DNA from: a bacterium
Lineage (GTDB): Bacteria; Sysuimicrobiota; Sysuimicrobiia; Sysuimicrobiales; Segetimicrobiaceae
Assembly: GCA_035307765.1 (NCBI GenBank)
Contig: DATGHU010000007.1
Coordinates: 28,117-92,116, forward strand
DNA length: 64,000 nucleotides
Reading direction: 5' to 3'
Part shown: positions 1-9,654 of the stretch, piece by piece
How positions within the stretch are numbered: the stretch's first letter is position 1
Layout: each line of letters opens with the position of its first letter
Translations under genes and position numbers: made by a program
The notes under the pieces: model-generated
The model's input: only the letters and a program-made list of their open reading frames with translations
Databases searched by the model: none
What the model was told of the DNA's origin: nothing

Positions 1-41
1 ATGTAATTGATGCTGGTGTAGCGCTTGGTCGACAGCTGCAT
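1..41 (-). CDS. atpB: V-type ATP synthase subunit B, 5' end only (gene continues beyond window start)
   Basis: Minus-strand ATG at 41..39 preceded by GGAGAGGGAG SD 3 nt after atpA stop; reads MQLSTKRYTSINY..., typical B-subunit N-terminus; follows atpA as in V-ATPase operons. Confidence 0.5.
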   Translation of the reverse strand, partial: MQLSTKRYTSINY

Positions 42-58
42 TGTCCGCGCTCCCTCTC

Positions 59-1864
59 CTAGGCTTGCGTCCCGGCACGGCGCCCGTCGCCGGGCGCCCC
101 CACGGCGGCCCCGCCTTTGGCGTGCTCGCCGAAGGCCGCCGGCAGGGACTTCAGGAACTCATCGGCGTGCGCCCGGAACTTATCGTTCGCCACCTCTTTG
201 AACCGGGCGATCTGCTCGTTCTGCGGGAGGTTGATGATCTCGTCGATCGCCATTCCGCGCTCGAGGGCGGCCGTGGCGGCCTCGTAAAAGCCCCGGATCG
301 CTCGGACCATCCAGTAGGATTTCTCCAGCGAGCTGGAGGCGTCGATTTCGCTGAAGGCGCTCTGTTGCAGGAAGAATTCGCGAATCATCTTTCCGGTCTC
401 GATCACCAACCGCTCCTGGTCCTGGAGGGCGTCGGGGCCGACGAGCTGGACCACCTCTTGCAGTCCCGCCTCCCGGGAGAGAATAGCGCTCACCCAGCTG
501 CGCTGGTCGGTGAAGTCCTCGGCCACGTTCTTCGCGTACCAGGAGTTGAGCAGCGTCTCGTACAGACTGTAGGATCGGTTCCAGTTGATCGCCGGGAAGT
601 GCCGCCGGTACGCCAGCTGCGCATCGAGCGACCAAAACGTTCCGACGATGCGGAGCGTGCTCTGGGTCACCGGTTCCGACAGGTCCCCGCCGGGGGGGCT
701 GACGGCGCCCACCACGGTGACCGCTCCGACCCGCTCGTCCGCGCCGAGCACGACCGCCCGGCCCGCCCGCTCGTAGAAGGCGGAAAGGCGGCTGGCGAGG
801 TACGGAGGATACCCTTCCTCCGCGGGCATCTCCTCGAGCCGGGACGAGATCTCCCGCAGCGCCTCCGCCCACCGGCTCGTCGAGTCGGCCATCAGAGCCA
901 CGCGGTAGCCCATGTCGCGGAAGTACTCCGCCATGGTCACCCCGGTGTAGATGCTCGCCTCGCGCGCCGCCACCGGCATGTTCGAGGTGTTGGCGACGAG
1001 GATCGTCCGCTCCATCAGCGGCCGGCCGTTCCGAGGATCTTCCAGTTCGGGGAACTCCGTCAGCACGTCGGTCATCTCGTTCCCGCGCTCGCCGCAGCCG
1101 ACGTAGACGATGATATCCGCGTTCGACCACTTGGAGAGGGTCTGCTGCACGACGGTCTTGCCGCTCCCGAACGGCCCGGGCACCGCCGCCGTCCCCCCCA
1201 TCGCCACTGGAAAGAGCACGTCCAGGATCCGCTGACCGGTCACGAAGAGCTCGGTCGGGTCGAGTTTGCGGCTGACCGGACGGGGGAAACGCACGGGCCA
1301 CGTCTGCATCATCCGGAATTCGGTGCCGTCCCCGAGGCGTGCCACGACATCGGTGACGGTAAACTCACCGCTGCGAATCTCCGCGATCTCGCCCCCCGCG
1401 GCATCCGGCGGCACCATAATCCGATGCGCGTACGAATACTCCTGGACCTCCCCCAGGATGTCTCCCGGACCGACGCGGTCACCCTTCTTGACCTTGGGGA
1501 CGAACGCCCACTTCCGGGCGCGGTCGAGCGACGTCACGATCACGCCGCGCGAGATGAAGTCCCCCTGAGCCTCCCGGATCTTGTCAAGCGGGCGCTGGAT
1601 GCCGTCGTAAATACTGCTGAGCATCCCCGGCCCGAGTTCCAGCGTCAGGGGCGCATCGGTCGACTCCACCGGTTCGCCAACGTACAATCCCGACGTATCC
1701 TCGTAGACCTGGACAAACGCCGTGTCCCCGTCAAGGCGGATGATCTCCCCGATCAGCTTCTCTTTGCCGACGCGGACGATGTCGTACATTCGCGCCCCGA
1801 CCAGGCCCCGCGCGATCACCGCCGGGCCAGAGATGCGCGTGATTTCCCCCGCTGTCCCTGCCAT
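59..1864 (-). CDS. atpA: V-type ATP synthase catalytic subunit A
   Basis: 601 aa ORF; Walker A GPFGSGKT, strong V/A-type A subunit similarity along full length. Confidence 0.95.
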   Translation of the reverse strand: MAGTAGEITRISGPAVIARGLVGARMYDIVRVGKEKLIGEIIRLDGDTAFVQVYEDTSGLYVGEPVESTDAPLTLELGPGMLSSIYDGIQRPLDKIREAQGDFISRGVIVTSLDRARKWAFVPKVKKGDRVGPGDILGEVQEYSYAHRIMVPPDAAGGEIAEIRSGEFTVTDVVARLGDGTEFRMMQTWPVRFPRPVSRKLDPTELFVTGQRILDVLFPVAMGGTAAVPGPFGSGKTVVQQTLSKWSNADIIVYVGCGERGNEMTDVLTEFPELEDPRNGRPLMERTILVANTSNMPVAAREASIYTGVTMAEYFRDMGYRVALMADSTSRWAEALREISSRLEEMPAEEGYPPYLASRLSAFYERAGRAVVLGADERVGAVTVVGAVSPPGGDLSEPVTQSTLRIVGTFWSLDAQLAYRRHFPAINWNRSYSLYETLLNSWYAKNVAEDFTDQRSWVSAILSREAGLQEVVQLVGPDALQDQERLVIETGKMIREFFLQQSAFSEIDASSSLEKSYWMVRAIRGFYEAATAALERGMAIDEIINLPQNEQIARFKEVANDKFRAHADEFLKSLPAAFGEHAKGGAAVGAPGDGRRAGTQA

Positions 1865-1918
1865 GTGTCCGTCCTCTCCGGCGCGGCTGCGCGCCCGCCG
1901 CGCTCACGGCGCTCGGTG

Positions 1919-2236
1919 CTACTTCAGCTTCACGGCAAACCCGATATGCTCCTTCACCAACCGCGCGATGTAGGCTTCTCCGCTCTCGAGGTGCGCCCTC
2001 GGCGCTGGAAGCGGCACGACGACCGGCAGGTCGCGCCCCCGAAGGAGCCGCCCCCGGGCATCGTCGGTGCCCCGCAGGAGATCTTCGTTGACGATCAGCA
2101 GCCCGTACCCGGCCGCCGCGTACTCGCGGATCAATTCCAGCGCCGCCTCAGGCGACGCCGCCTCCCGAACCTCGACCCCGGCCAGGCGAAAGCCCGTCGC
2201 GGTCTCGCTGTCGGTGATGACCACCACTTTATGCAC
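1919..2236 (-). CDS. atpF: V-type ATP synthase subunit F
   Basis: KVVVITDSETATGFRLAGVEV motif typical of subunit F; likely GTG start at 2236 overlapping atpC stop; ORF-track start 2293 is probably too long. Confidence 0.8.
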   Translation of the reverse strand: MHKVVVITDSETATGFRLAGVEVREAASPEAALELIREYAAAGYGLLIVNEDLLRGTDDARGRLLRGRDLPVVVPLPAPRAHLESGEAYIARLVKEHIGFAVKLK

Positions 2237-3254
2237 CGACCAACTCCTGTCGGGCGACGTCCGCCGACAATCCCAGCAGCCGGGCGTGCGCAATCACGCG
2301 CAGGTTGCTGACCTCGGCGGCCTTGCGGGTCAAGTACCCGATCACCACATCCAGCGCCAGCGGATCGCCCAACGAGAGCTGCGCGGCCCTCCGCTGGGTC
2401 GCCCGATCGATCGCCCGCTCCACCTCCAGCAGGTTGTCGGTCCCCGTGAGTTCGACCCCAACCAGCCGAAGGCCGGTGGTCTCGGCCAAGCTCGATTGCG
2501 GATCGGCAAGGGTGAGGAATTGCGCGGCGGACAGCCCGCCGCCGATAATGAAGAATCGCTCCCGCTCTTCGCGGGACAGCTCCTTCATCCGCCGGAGCTT
2601 TAGTGCCGTCTTGACGTTGGTCGCGGTGATTTCGGCTCCGAGGAAACGCCGGAAGGTCGCTTCGCCGTCCCCTTCCCCGTCGGCGACCCTCAGCCCGTGT
2701 TGGGCGTAGGCGCGGTCCAGCGCCAGTTCGATATCGACCAGGCTCCCGCTGCGCTGGGCCGCATCGACCCCCGCCCGCAGCGCGCGGCCCAGCGGGTGCA
2801 TCCAGATCACCAACGTATCGGCGATCGCCCGGAGGTCGGGTTGCTGGAGCAGTTCGCGCAGCTTGGCCTCGCTCAGCACTCCGCCGGGGTAGAGCGTCGC
2901 CAGGATCTCCTCCTCGGCCCTGCCGCTGTGTCGACCTCTGACGATCGCCCGGAGGTTTTGCAGATCATACCGCAACAGCACGACTTCAATCTGGCGGCGG
3001 GGAGGCCCGTCGGCGAAGCTCAGGATGCGGCGGGTCGCGTGATAGAAGTTCTGGGAGAGGGCCTCGTCGACCGCGCGCAGCCCCGTAAATCGGCTAAGCG
3101 CTTCCTGCAGTTCCAAATTATACGGCGTCTCGGTCAGCCCCTGGATGAACGTGTCGAGATCGGCCGCCTGCAGCAGTTCCTCCAGGCGGCCTTGGGGCAG
3201 GAGGTGGGATTTCATCACCTTGACGCGGGCGTTGATATAGGGAAAGTCTCCCAT
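2229..3254 (-). CDS. atpC: V-type ATP synthase subunit C
   Basis: 341 aa; position between E and F subunits and size match V-type C (d) subunit. Confidence 0.85.
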   Translation of the reverse strand: MGDFPYINARVKVMKSHLLPQGRLEELLQAADLDTFIQGLTETPYNLELQEALSRFTGLRAVDEALSQNFYHATRRILSFADGPPRRQIEVVLLRYDLQNLRAIVRGRHSGRAEEEILATLYPGGVLSEAKLRELLQQPDLRAIADTLVIWMHPLGRALRAGVDAAQRSGSLVDIELALDRAYAQHGLRVADGEGDGEATFRRFLGAEITATNVKTALKLRRMKELSREERERFFIIGGGLSAAQFLTLADPQSSLAETTGLRLVGVELTGTDNLLEVERAIDRATQRRAAQLSLGDPLALDVVIGYLTRKAAEVSNLRVIAHARLLGLSADVARQELVGA

Positions 3255-3287
3255 CGCCGGGTCGCTCCAGCTACCGTAACGCCGGGC

Positions 3288-3872
3288 TCATGAGCCCCAC
3301 AGGGTCTCCGCGATGCGCGAGACCAGGATGGACCGCGTCCGGCTCAGCCTGCTGGCGACGGTATTTTCCACGGCAATCCGCCGGTCCTTGGTTGTGAGGC
3401 GCACCCCTCCGCGCACATCGGAGCTCTCCCGAACCTCCATCGCCAGGTGGAGCGCTCGGCACGCCTCCCGCGCCGCGTCGCCGTCCCCGGGGGGGATCTC
3501 CAGTGTCGCCCCCGACGTTTCGATTCCCTGCACCGCCTCCGCCAGCAGCCGCTGCAGAATCGCGCGCCGGCGGGCCGGGTCCCGGCCCGCCCGCTCGAGT
3601 TCCTCGGCGGCTCGGGTGAATACCTCCTGGATCGCCTGATCTTTCGCTTCCAGCAACTGCGCGCCGGCCCGGAGGCTTCCGGCACTGGCGGCGCGGGTGC
3701 GGGCCTGCGCCCGCTCGTCTTCCAGGCCCTTGCGTGAGGACGACAGGATCTCCTCCGCCTCCTTGCGGGCGGCGGCCAGGATTTCCGCGACCCGGCGGCG
3801 GGCTTCGTCGAGCACCTTGTCTTTCTCCGCCCGGGCTTCCCGCTCAAGGAGCTGAATCAGTTCAGATCCCAT
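3288..3872 (-). CDS. atpE: V-type ATP synthase subunit E
   Basis: 194 aa charged coiled-coil protein (EARAEKDKVLDEARRR...) in canonical operon position. Confidence 0.85.
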   Translation of the reverse strand: MGSELIQLLEREARAEKDKVLDEARRRVAEILAAARKEAEEILSSSRKGLEDERAQARTRAASAGSLRAGAQLLEAKDQAIQEVFTRAAEELERAGRDPARRRAILQRLLAEAVQGIETSGATLEIPPGDGDAAREACRALHLAMEVRESSDVRGGVRLTTKDRRIAVENTVASRLSRTRSILVSRIAETLWGS

Positions 3873-3898
3873 CGCGATCCCCTCGAGGGGGCTGTGGC

Positions 3899-4231
3899 TC
3901 AGATTTTTCCATATAGGAAGAAGGCGATCACGAACCCGAAGATCACGAGCGTTTCCGGGATCACCAGGAGCACCAGCATGATGCCGAACATCTCGGGGCG
4001 CTCCGCCACCACACCAGCCGCCGCACCGCCAATCCTCGATTGCGCGATTCCCGTGCCGACGGCCCCGAACCCGATCGCGATGCCCGCGCCCACGCCCAGC
4101 AGGCCCGGGCCGATGCCGAGGCCGCCGGCCTTGCCCGCCTCCTGCGCCGCCGCCATCGCGGTGAAGGACACCACGTACAATGCCATCAAGACCAGAACCA
4201 ACATCGCCCCCCGACGTTTCACTCTATCCAC
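3899..4231 (-). CDS. atpK: V-type ATP synthase proteolipid subunit K (c-ring)
   Basis: 110 aa, two glycine-rich TM hairpins, conserved carboxylate in ...VIPETLVIFG... Confidence 0.9.
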   Translation of the reverse strand: MDRVKRRGAMLVLVLMALYVVSFTAMAAAQEAGKAGGLGIGPGLLGVGAGIAIGFGAVGTGIAQSRIGGAAAGVVAERPEMFGIMLVLLVIPETLVIFGFVIAFFLYGKI

Positions 4232-6191
4232 CTCCGGTACGTTGGAATGGCCGGTACGGGTGCCCCGTATCCTGATAGTACTTGAACTTCGAAAAGAACT
4301 CGACCCAGAAGAGTCGGGCCGGCTGCAGGATGTGCCCGATGATCGTCAGCCCGAAGAACAAGATATGCGCCACCGCGCCGACGAAGATGCCCAGGATGAT
4401 CTTGGAAAACGCCCCGGTGTACCCTCCGCCGAGCGTGTTGGCGACGATCGCCAGGGCGAGCGAGGCCATGCCCACGGCGAAGATTCGGGCGTACGAGATG
4501 ATGGCGCCGAAGGTGGAGATGGACTCCATCACCCACATCAAGCTCCCCAAGGTGAGCGAGAGAATCAGCGAGAGCAAGAACACCACCGCCGCTCCCAGCA
4601 TCACCGGGCTGAAGAAGGCGGGCGGCAGCACGTGCACCTGGGTGGCGAGCCACAAAAATACGGTGGTGCCTCCGCTGAACAACGCTATGGCCTCGAGTAG
4701 CTCTTTGCGTTCCCCGTGCCGCAGGGCCTTCGCCATCTGCATGAACAACCCGAGGTAGACCTGGGCGAGACCAAACCCGATCGAGATGTACAGGTAGATG
4801 GTGATGAGCGCCAAGCGATCGAACCACGGATGAAACCCGGGGATGAATCGGGCGGGAAGATCTCCAAAGAACTCCCCAAAGATGACCCCGAAGAGAAAGG
4901 TCCACCCCGTCATCCAGCCGAGCACGGTGACCACCGACCACAATACCGTGGGGGTGAGGGTGAACCCAAAGTCGATCCCCGCGATCGCCGCCCGCCAGGG
5001 GCGGCGGGCGAGCGCCTTCGCCCGCAGCCAGAGCGTGATCCCCAGCAGGAACAGCCCGTAGCCGATATCCCCGATGATGAGACCGACCCACAGCGGCATC
5101 CCGATGGCGAAGAGGACAGTGGGGTCGAACGTCCCGTACTTCGGCGGATCAAAGATGGCCAGAAACATCTCGAACGGCCGGAGCCATCCCGGGTTGTCGA
5201 GCAGCACCGGAACGCCCTCGGCGTGGTGAACCGGCGCCGGTTCATCGAACACCATCACCTCTCGCCCGAACTGCCGGCGAAGGCCCTCCCGCACCGCGGC
5301 GACCTGCCGGGTGGGGGTCCATCCGTAGATCATGAAGGCGTACCGGGACTGGGGGAGCTGCCCCATCAATTCGAACCGGTGTCCCGCGTCGCGGACGACG
5401 GTGGCGATCGCGCCGACCTCGGCCCGATGGCGCTGGCTCAATTGCATCAACCGACGCCGGAGCCCCTCGATCTCTCCCGGCAGCGCCTGGCCGCGGGACC
5501 GCAGGTGGGGCACGGCCTGGCCGAGGGGCAGCCCCCGAACGCTCGCCGGCAGACGCAGCTCGGTGACACCGGCCCTCGTGAGGACCCCGCGGACCGCCTC
5601 TTCGTCCTGGCGGGCAAAGGCGACGACTCCGCCGATCCGCTGGTCATCGACCGGGTGGCTGACCAGCTCCGCCCGCCCCTCGACGGCCTTTCGCAACTCC
5701 GCGCGCAGGCCGTCCAATGCCGTGGGGGGCTTTGCGTCCACAACGAACCCGATCGCGTCGACACGCTTGCGGCCTCCCAGCAGCGCAAGCAGTGGAGTCA
5801 GGATCTCCAGGGCCCGCCCGTAGGCACGCAGGAGTTCTTGCTCCTCCTCGGCATTCAGCAGGCCTCGGGTCAGGTCCTGTGCCTCGGTCTCAATCGGCGC
5901 CAGGCGCGCCCGCAGCGCGTCGGGGAGCTGATCCGCATACGGCACGGTGTCCGACGGGGGGGTCTCGATGACGGGAAGAAGCGCCAGGATGCCCTCGGCC
6001 TGCGTCCGCACCCCGTCCAATGCCGCGCGTTCCGTCTGATCTTCCGCGCTCAACCCCCGCGCTCCGATGGCGGGATCCAGCGGACGGATGTGATCGATGT
6101 GCAGGGCGCCAAGCCGCTGGACCGCCTCGATGACCGAGCGCTGCAGCCGACGAGGGCCGAGCACGGTCATCCGGCTCATCGAAACGATCAC
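4224..6191 (-). CDS. atpI: V-type ATP synthase subunit I (a subunit)
   Basis: 655 aa; soluble N-terminal half plus multi-TM C-terminal half; 8-nt overlap with atpK, ATGA overlap with upstream gene. Confidence 0.9.
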   Translation of the reverse strand: MIVSMSRMTVLGPRRLQRSVIEAVQRLGALHIDHIRPLDPAIGARGLSAEDQTERAALDGVRTQAEGILALLPVIETPPSDTVPYADQLPDALRARLAPIETEAQDLTRGLLNAEEEQELLRAYGRALEILTPLLALLGGRKRVDAIGFVVDAKPPTALDGLRAELRKAVEGRAELVSHPVDDQRIGGVVAFARQDEEAVRGVLTRAGVTELRLPASVRGLPLGQAVPHLRSRGQALPGEIEGLRRRLMQLSQRHRAEVGAIATVVRDAGHRFELMGQLPQSRYAFMIYGWTPTRQVAAVREGLRRQFGREVMVFDEPAPVHHAEGVPVLLDNPGWLRPFEMFLAIFDPPKYGTFDPTVLFAIGMPLWVGLIIGDIGYGLFLLGITLWLRAKALARRPWRAAIAGIDFGFTLTPTVLWSVVTVLGWMTGWTFLFGVIFGEFFGDLPARFIPGFHPWFDRLALITIYLYISIGFGLAQVYLGLFMQMAKALRHGERKELLEAIALFSGGTTVFLWLATQVHVLPPAFFSPVMLGAAVVFLLSLILSLTLGSLMWVMESISTFGAIISYARIFAVGMASLALAIVANTLGGGYTGAFSKIILGIFVGAVAHILFFGLTIIGHILQPARLFWVEFFSKFKYYQDTGHPYRPFQRTGGG

Positions 6192-6538
6192 TGAGGCTCC
6201 CCGAGGACCTCGCGGACGACGAGGGCGACCGCCTCGCGCATTCGCGCGGCGGCCCGTTCCCGGATCGCCGCGGCATCCGTGCGAGCCCGCGCCAGAAGCT
6301 CTTCGCCGACGGCCTGCGCCTCGGCGGTAGCCGCGGCGGACGACGCGCCGGCCTCCTGCTGCACCTGGGCCCGGGCACGTGCGCGGATGGCGTCAGCTTC
6401 CCGCTGCGCCTCGTCCACTTGCCGCGCCGCTTCTTCCTGCGCGCGAATCAGTTCCGCCTGCAACTGTTCTTCTTTTTGTGCGATCTCTCGGATGATCGAG
6501 TCGGCCGACGCGGATTTCGAGGTTTCGTGCTGAGCCAT
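6188..6538 (-). CDS. V-type ATP synthase subunit G/H (peripheral stalk)
   Basis: Small Ala/Glu/Gln-rich coiled-coil protein as first gene of operon; ATG at 6538 with GGGAGAG SD; ORF-track upstream extension judged spurious. Confidence 0.7.
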   Translation of the reverse strand: MAQHETSKSASADSIIREIAQKEEQLQAELIRAQEEAARQVDEAQREADAIRARARAQVQQEAGASSAAATAEAQAVGEELLARARTDAAAIRERAAARMREAVALVVREVLGEPQ

Positions 6539-6635
6539 GAACTCTCCCGAGGGCAAAAAATATCGGCCGCACTCCGAACCCCTAGCCACCGGTCCACAGC
6601 GCAGCCCGCCAAGGATCGGACCGCAAGCCCGCATC

Positions 6636-6665
6636 ATGCTAACAAACGACGTAAACCGATGTCAA
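6636..6665 (-). promoter_or_regulatory. Putative sigma-70 promoter of V-ATPase operon (TTGACA-N18-TAGCAT)
   Basis: Read directly on minus strand in nuoN-atpG gap, about 95 nt upstream of the ATG. Confidence 0.35.
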
Positions 6666-6706
6666 GGTATACAAGAATTGCCGGCTCGAACACGCGATCC
6701 CGTCGA

Positions 6707-8155
6707 TCAAAACTTGCCGAGCGTCGCGGCCGTGCTGACCAAGTCGATAAACCGCTGGGGGAAGATGCCGACAAGCAGGGTCCCGAGCACGGTGATCCCC
6801 AGCAGCATCCGTGCCGTGGCCGTTTCCGGAACCCGCGCCGCATCGTCGGGTGCCGGAGTGAGCCACATCGCCCGCACGACGCCCACATAGTAGAAGAGCG
6901 AGACCACGCTGTTCAGGATGGCCACGACCGCCAGCCAGAGAAACCCGCTGTTGATCGCCGAGGCAAAGAGGAGCAGCTTCCCGAAGAACAGCGCGGTCGG
7001 CGGAATGCCGATCAGCGACAGCATGAAGATCCCCATCGCCACCGCAGAGAACGGCGCACGCGTGGATAGTCCGGCGTAATCGGCGATGGCGCTGGAACCC
7101 AGCGCGCGCTCCACGATCACGGCGACCCCGAAGGCGCCGATGTTCGTGAAGGTGTAGGCGAAGAGATAAAAGAGCAGCGCCGCCTGTCCCGATCCCACCG
7201 CCGTCTGACTGGAGGCCAGCGCCACCACGCCCATCAACATGTAGCCGGCGTGTGCGATCGAGCTGTAGGCCAACATGCGCTTGATGTTCTGCTGGGAGAG
7301 CGCCACCAGGTTGCCGAGCGTCATCGTGATCGCGGCCAGGCCGGCCACGATCGTCACCCACGACTGCGGGGGAAGGGCGACGTAGAATACCCGAAGGAGA
7401 GCCGCAAAGGCCGCGGCCTTGCTCCCGACCGAGAGGAACGCCGTGATCGGCGTCGGCGCCCCCTCGTAGACGTCGGGGGTCCACTGGTGGAAGGGGACGA
7501 GCGAAATCTTGAATCCGAGCCCGGCGAGGATGAGCATCGCCGCGAGCGTCAGGAACCCCGGGCTGAGGAAGGCGGTCCGCTGCATCAGGTGGTAGAGGTT
7601 GGTCGTGCCGGCGGCACCGTACAGGTACGTAAACCCGTAGAGCATCACCGCCGACGCCGACGCCCCGTAGAAAAAGTACTTGACGCCGGCCTCGTTGCTC
7701 CGCCGGTCGCTCTTCAGCGAACCGGCGAGGACGTACGAGACCAGCGACACGAACTCGATCGCCAGGAACAGCAGAATCAGGTCCGCGGCCGCGGCCATCA
7801 GTGCCAACCCGAGCACCATGAACACGACCAGGCTGTACACCTCTCCCTCGTAGGCGGTCCTGCGGCCTCGGAAGAACTCCATCGCGGCGAGCAGCACCAG
7901 AACCCCGCTCAGGATCGCGATAATCTTGAAAAATGCCGCAAAGGGGTCCACGGCGTAGGTTTCGGCAAAGACGAGTCGGGGCGCGACGTACAGCAGGCCG
8001 AGGGAAGGCACCAGGGCGACCAGCAAACCGATCACCCCGGCCCAGCCGACGGCCCGTTTCTGGCCCGGGCCGGTCATCAGGTCAATCGACAGCAGGATCA
8101 TCCCGAGCACGCCGATGATCAGCTCGGGGGTGATCGCGCTGAGGTCGGCGGTCAT
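6707..8155 (-). CDS. nuoN: NADH-quinone oxidoreductase subunit N
   Basis: 482 aa, about 14 TM, antiporter-like NuoN/ND2 similarity; ATGA overlap with nuoM. Confidence 0.9.
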   Translation of the reverse strand: MTADLSAITPELIIGVLGMILLSIDLMTGPGQKRAVGWAGVIGLLVALVPSLGLLYVAPRLVFAETYAVDPFAAFFKIIAILSGVLVLLAAMEFFRGRRTAYEGEVYSLVVFMVLGLALMAAAADLILLFLAIEFVSLVSYVLAGSLKSDRRSNEAGVKYFFYGASASAVMLYGFTYLYGAAGTTNLYHLMQRTAFLSPGFLTLAAMLILAGLGFKISLVPFHQWTPDVYEGAPTPITAFLSVGSKAAAFAALLRVFYVALPPQSWVTIVAGLAAITMTLGNLVALSQQNIKRMLAYSSIAHAGYMLMGVVALASSQTAVGSGQAALLFYLFAYTFTNIGAFGVAVIVERALGSSAIADYAGLSTRAPFSAVAMGIFMLSLIGIPPTALFFGKLLLFASAINSGFLWLAVVAILNSVVSLFYYVGVVRAMWLTPAPDDAARVPETATARMLLGITVLGTLLVGIFPQRFIDLVSTAATLGKF

Positions 8156-9654
8156 CGGCTCATCCCGAGAATCGCGATCGTCGCAAGGTTGACGGCATCG
8201 ACGAGGGGCCGCGGGTAGATGCCGATGACCACCATCAGTGCCGCCAGGGGGACCAGCGCCCAGCGCTCCCGGCCGTCCAGATCAGACAGACCCGCCCACC
8301 GCGGGTTCAAGGGGCCGAAGAAAATCCGATGGATCGTCCACAGGAAAAGGGCCACCGTGATCACCACCCCAACGAGCGCGATCACGGTCAACGTCGGGTA
8401 GATCTGGAAGGCCCCCAAAAAGATCAGGAACTCGGCGACGAACCCCATCAACCCCGGGAGACCCAACGAACCGAGCATCATCAAAATCGTCACGCCCGTG
8501 TACACCGGCAGCGCCACCCCGAGCCCGCCGAAGTCGCCGACCCCCCGGGTATGCGTCCGGTAATCATAGATCACCCCCACGAGAAAGAACAACGCGCCGG
8601 TAATGATGCCGTGCGCCAGCATCTGCATCGTCGCGCCGTTGAGCGCCGTCGCCGCCGCCAGGTTCTGGCGGCCGGCGGCGGAAGCCGCCGCGGCGATCCC
8701 GAGCATCACATAGCCCATGTGGTTGACGCTCGAGTAGGCGACCAACTTCTTCAGATCGGTCTGGGCCATCGCCACCATCGCCCCGTAGACCACGCCGATC
8801 ACGGCGAGGACGGCGACGATCCCCGCCTCCTGGGCGAACGCCTGGGGCAGAAGCGGGAGGGCGATGCGCACGAACCCATAGGTTCCCAGTTTCAGCAGGA
8901 CGCCGGCGAGCAGCACGCTCCCAGCGGTGGGTGCCTCGACGTGCGCGTCCGGAAGCCAGGTGTGGAACGGGAACATCGGCACCTTGATCGCGAAGCTGAA
9001 GAAGAACCCCCAAAAGGCCACAATCGCGAGCGGCAGGTCTCGGCCCAACGGCTGCTGCTGGATCAACACGGGGATGTCGAAGGTCCGTGGGTTCGCGTGA
9101 AAGTACAGGATCAAGATCGCCAGCAGCATCGCCAGCGATCCCACCAGCGTGTACAAAAAGAACTTGATCGCCGCGTAGGTCCGCCGCGGTCCACCCCAGA
9201 TGCCGATGATGAAGTACATCGGCACGAGGCTGACCTCCCAGAAGACGTAAAAAAGGAAGAAATCCAGTGCGAGGAACACCCCGACCATACCGGTCTCGAG
9301 GAGCAGGAAGAGGATCATGTACTCCTTGGGGCGCAGGTCCACGCGCCAGGAGTAGATGACGCACAGCAGAGTGAGCAGCGTCGTCAGGATGACGAGCGGC
9401 AGGCTCAAGCCGTCCGCGCCCAGGTGGTAGGTGATGCCGACGGACGGAATCCACGTTCGGACCTCGACGAACTGCATCGCCCCGGCATGCGCGCGGTCGA
9501 AGGCGAGCCCGGCGCCCACCGACACACCGAACGTCAGCAGCGCCGTCGCCAGCGCCACCCCCCGGATAGCCCGGGGGTTGTCCCGGGACACACACATCAA
9601 CAGGATCGCCCCGAGGACCGGCAGCCAGAGGATCACGCTGAGTACGGAACTCAC
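8152..9654 (-). CDS. nuoM: NADH-quinone oxidoreductase subunit M
   Basis: NuoM/ND4 similarity; GTG at 9654 overlaps nuoL stop (GTGA); ORF-track 5' extension is Arg-rich artifact. Confidence 0.9.
   Translation of the reverse strand: MSSVLSVILWLPVLGAILLMCVSRDNPRAIRGVALATALLTFGVSVGAGLAFDRAHAGAMQFVEVRTWIPSVGITYHLGADGLSLPLVILTTLLTLLCVIYSWRVDLRPKEYMILFLLLETGMVGVFLALDFFLFYVFWEVSLVPMYFIIGIWGGPRRTYAAIKFFLYTLVGSLAMLLAILILYFHANPRTFDIPVLIQQQPLGRDLPLAIVAFWGFFFSFAIKVPMFPFHTWLPDAHVEAPTAGSVLLAGVLLKLGTYGFVRIALPLLPQAFAQEAGIVAVLAVIGVVYGAMVAMAQTDLKKLVAYSSVNHMGYVMLGIAAAASAAGRQNLAAATALNGATMQMLAHGIITGALFFLVGVIYDYRTHTRGVGDFGGLGVALPVYTGVTILMMLGSLGLPGLMGFVAEFLIFLGAFQIYPTLTVIALVGVVITVALFLWTIHRIFFGPLNPRWAGLSDLDGRERWALVPLAALMVVIGIYPRPLVDAVNLATIAILGMSR

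Noticed and set aside
41-2311. 756-aa plus-strand ORF antisense to atpA/atpF
   Set aside because: Arg/Pro/Gly/Ala-rich, no family resemblance; typical open antisense frame in high-GC DNA over a well-supported gene.
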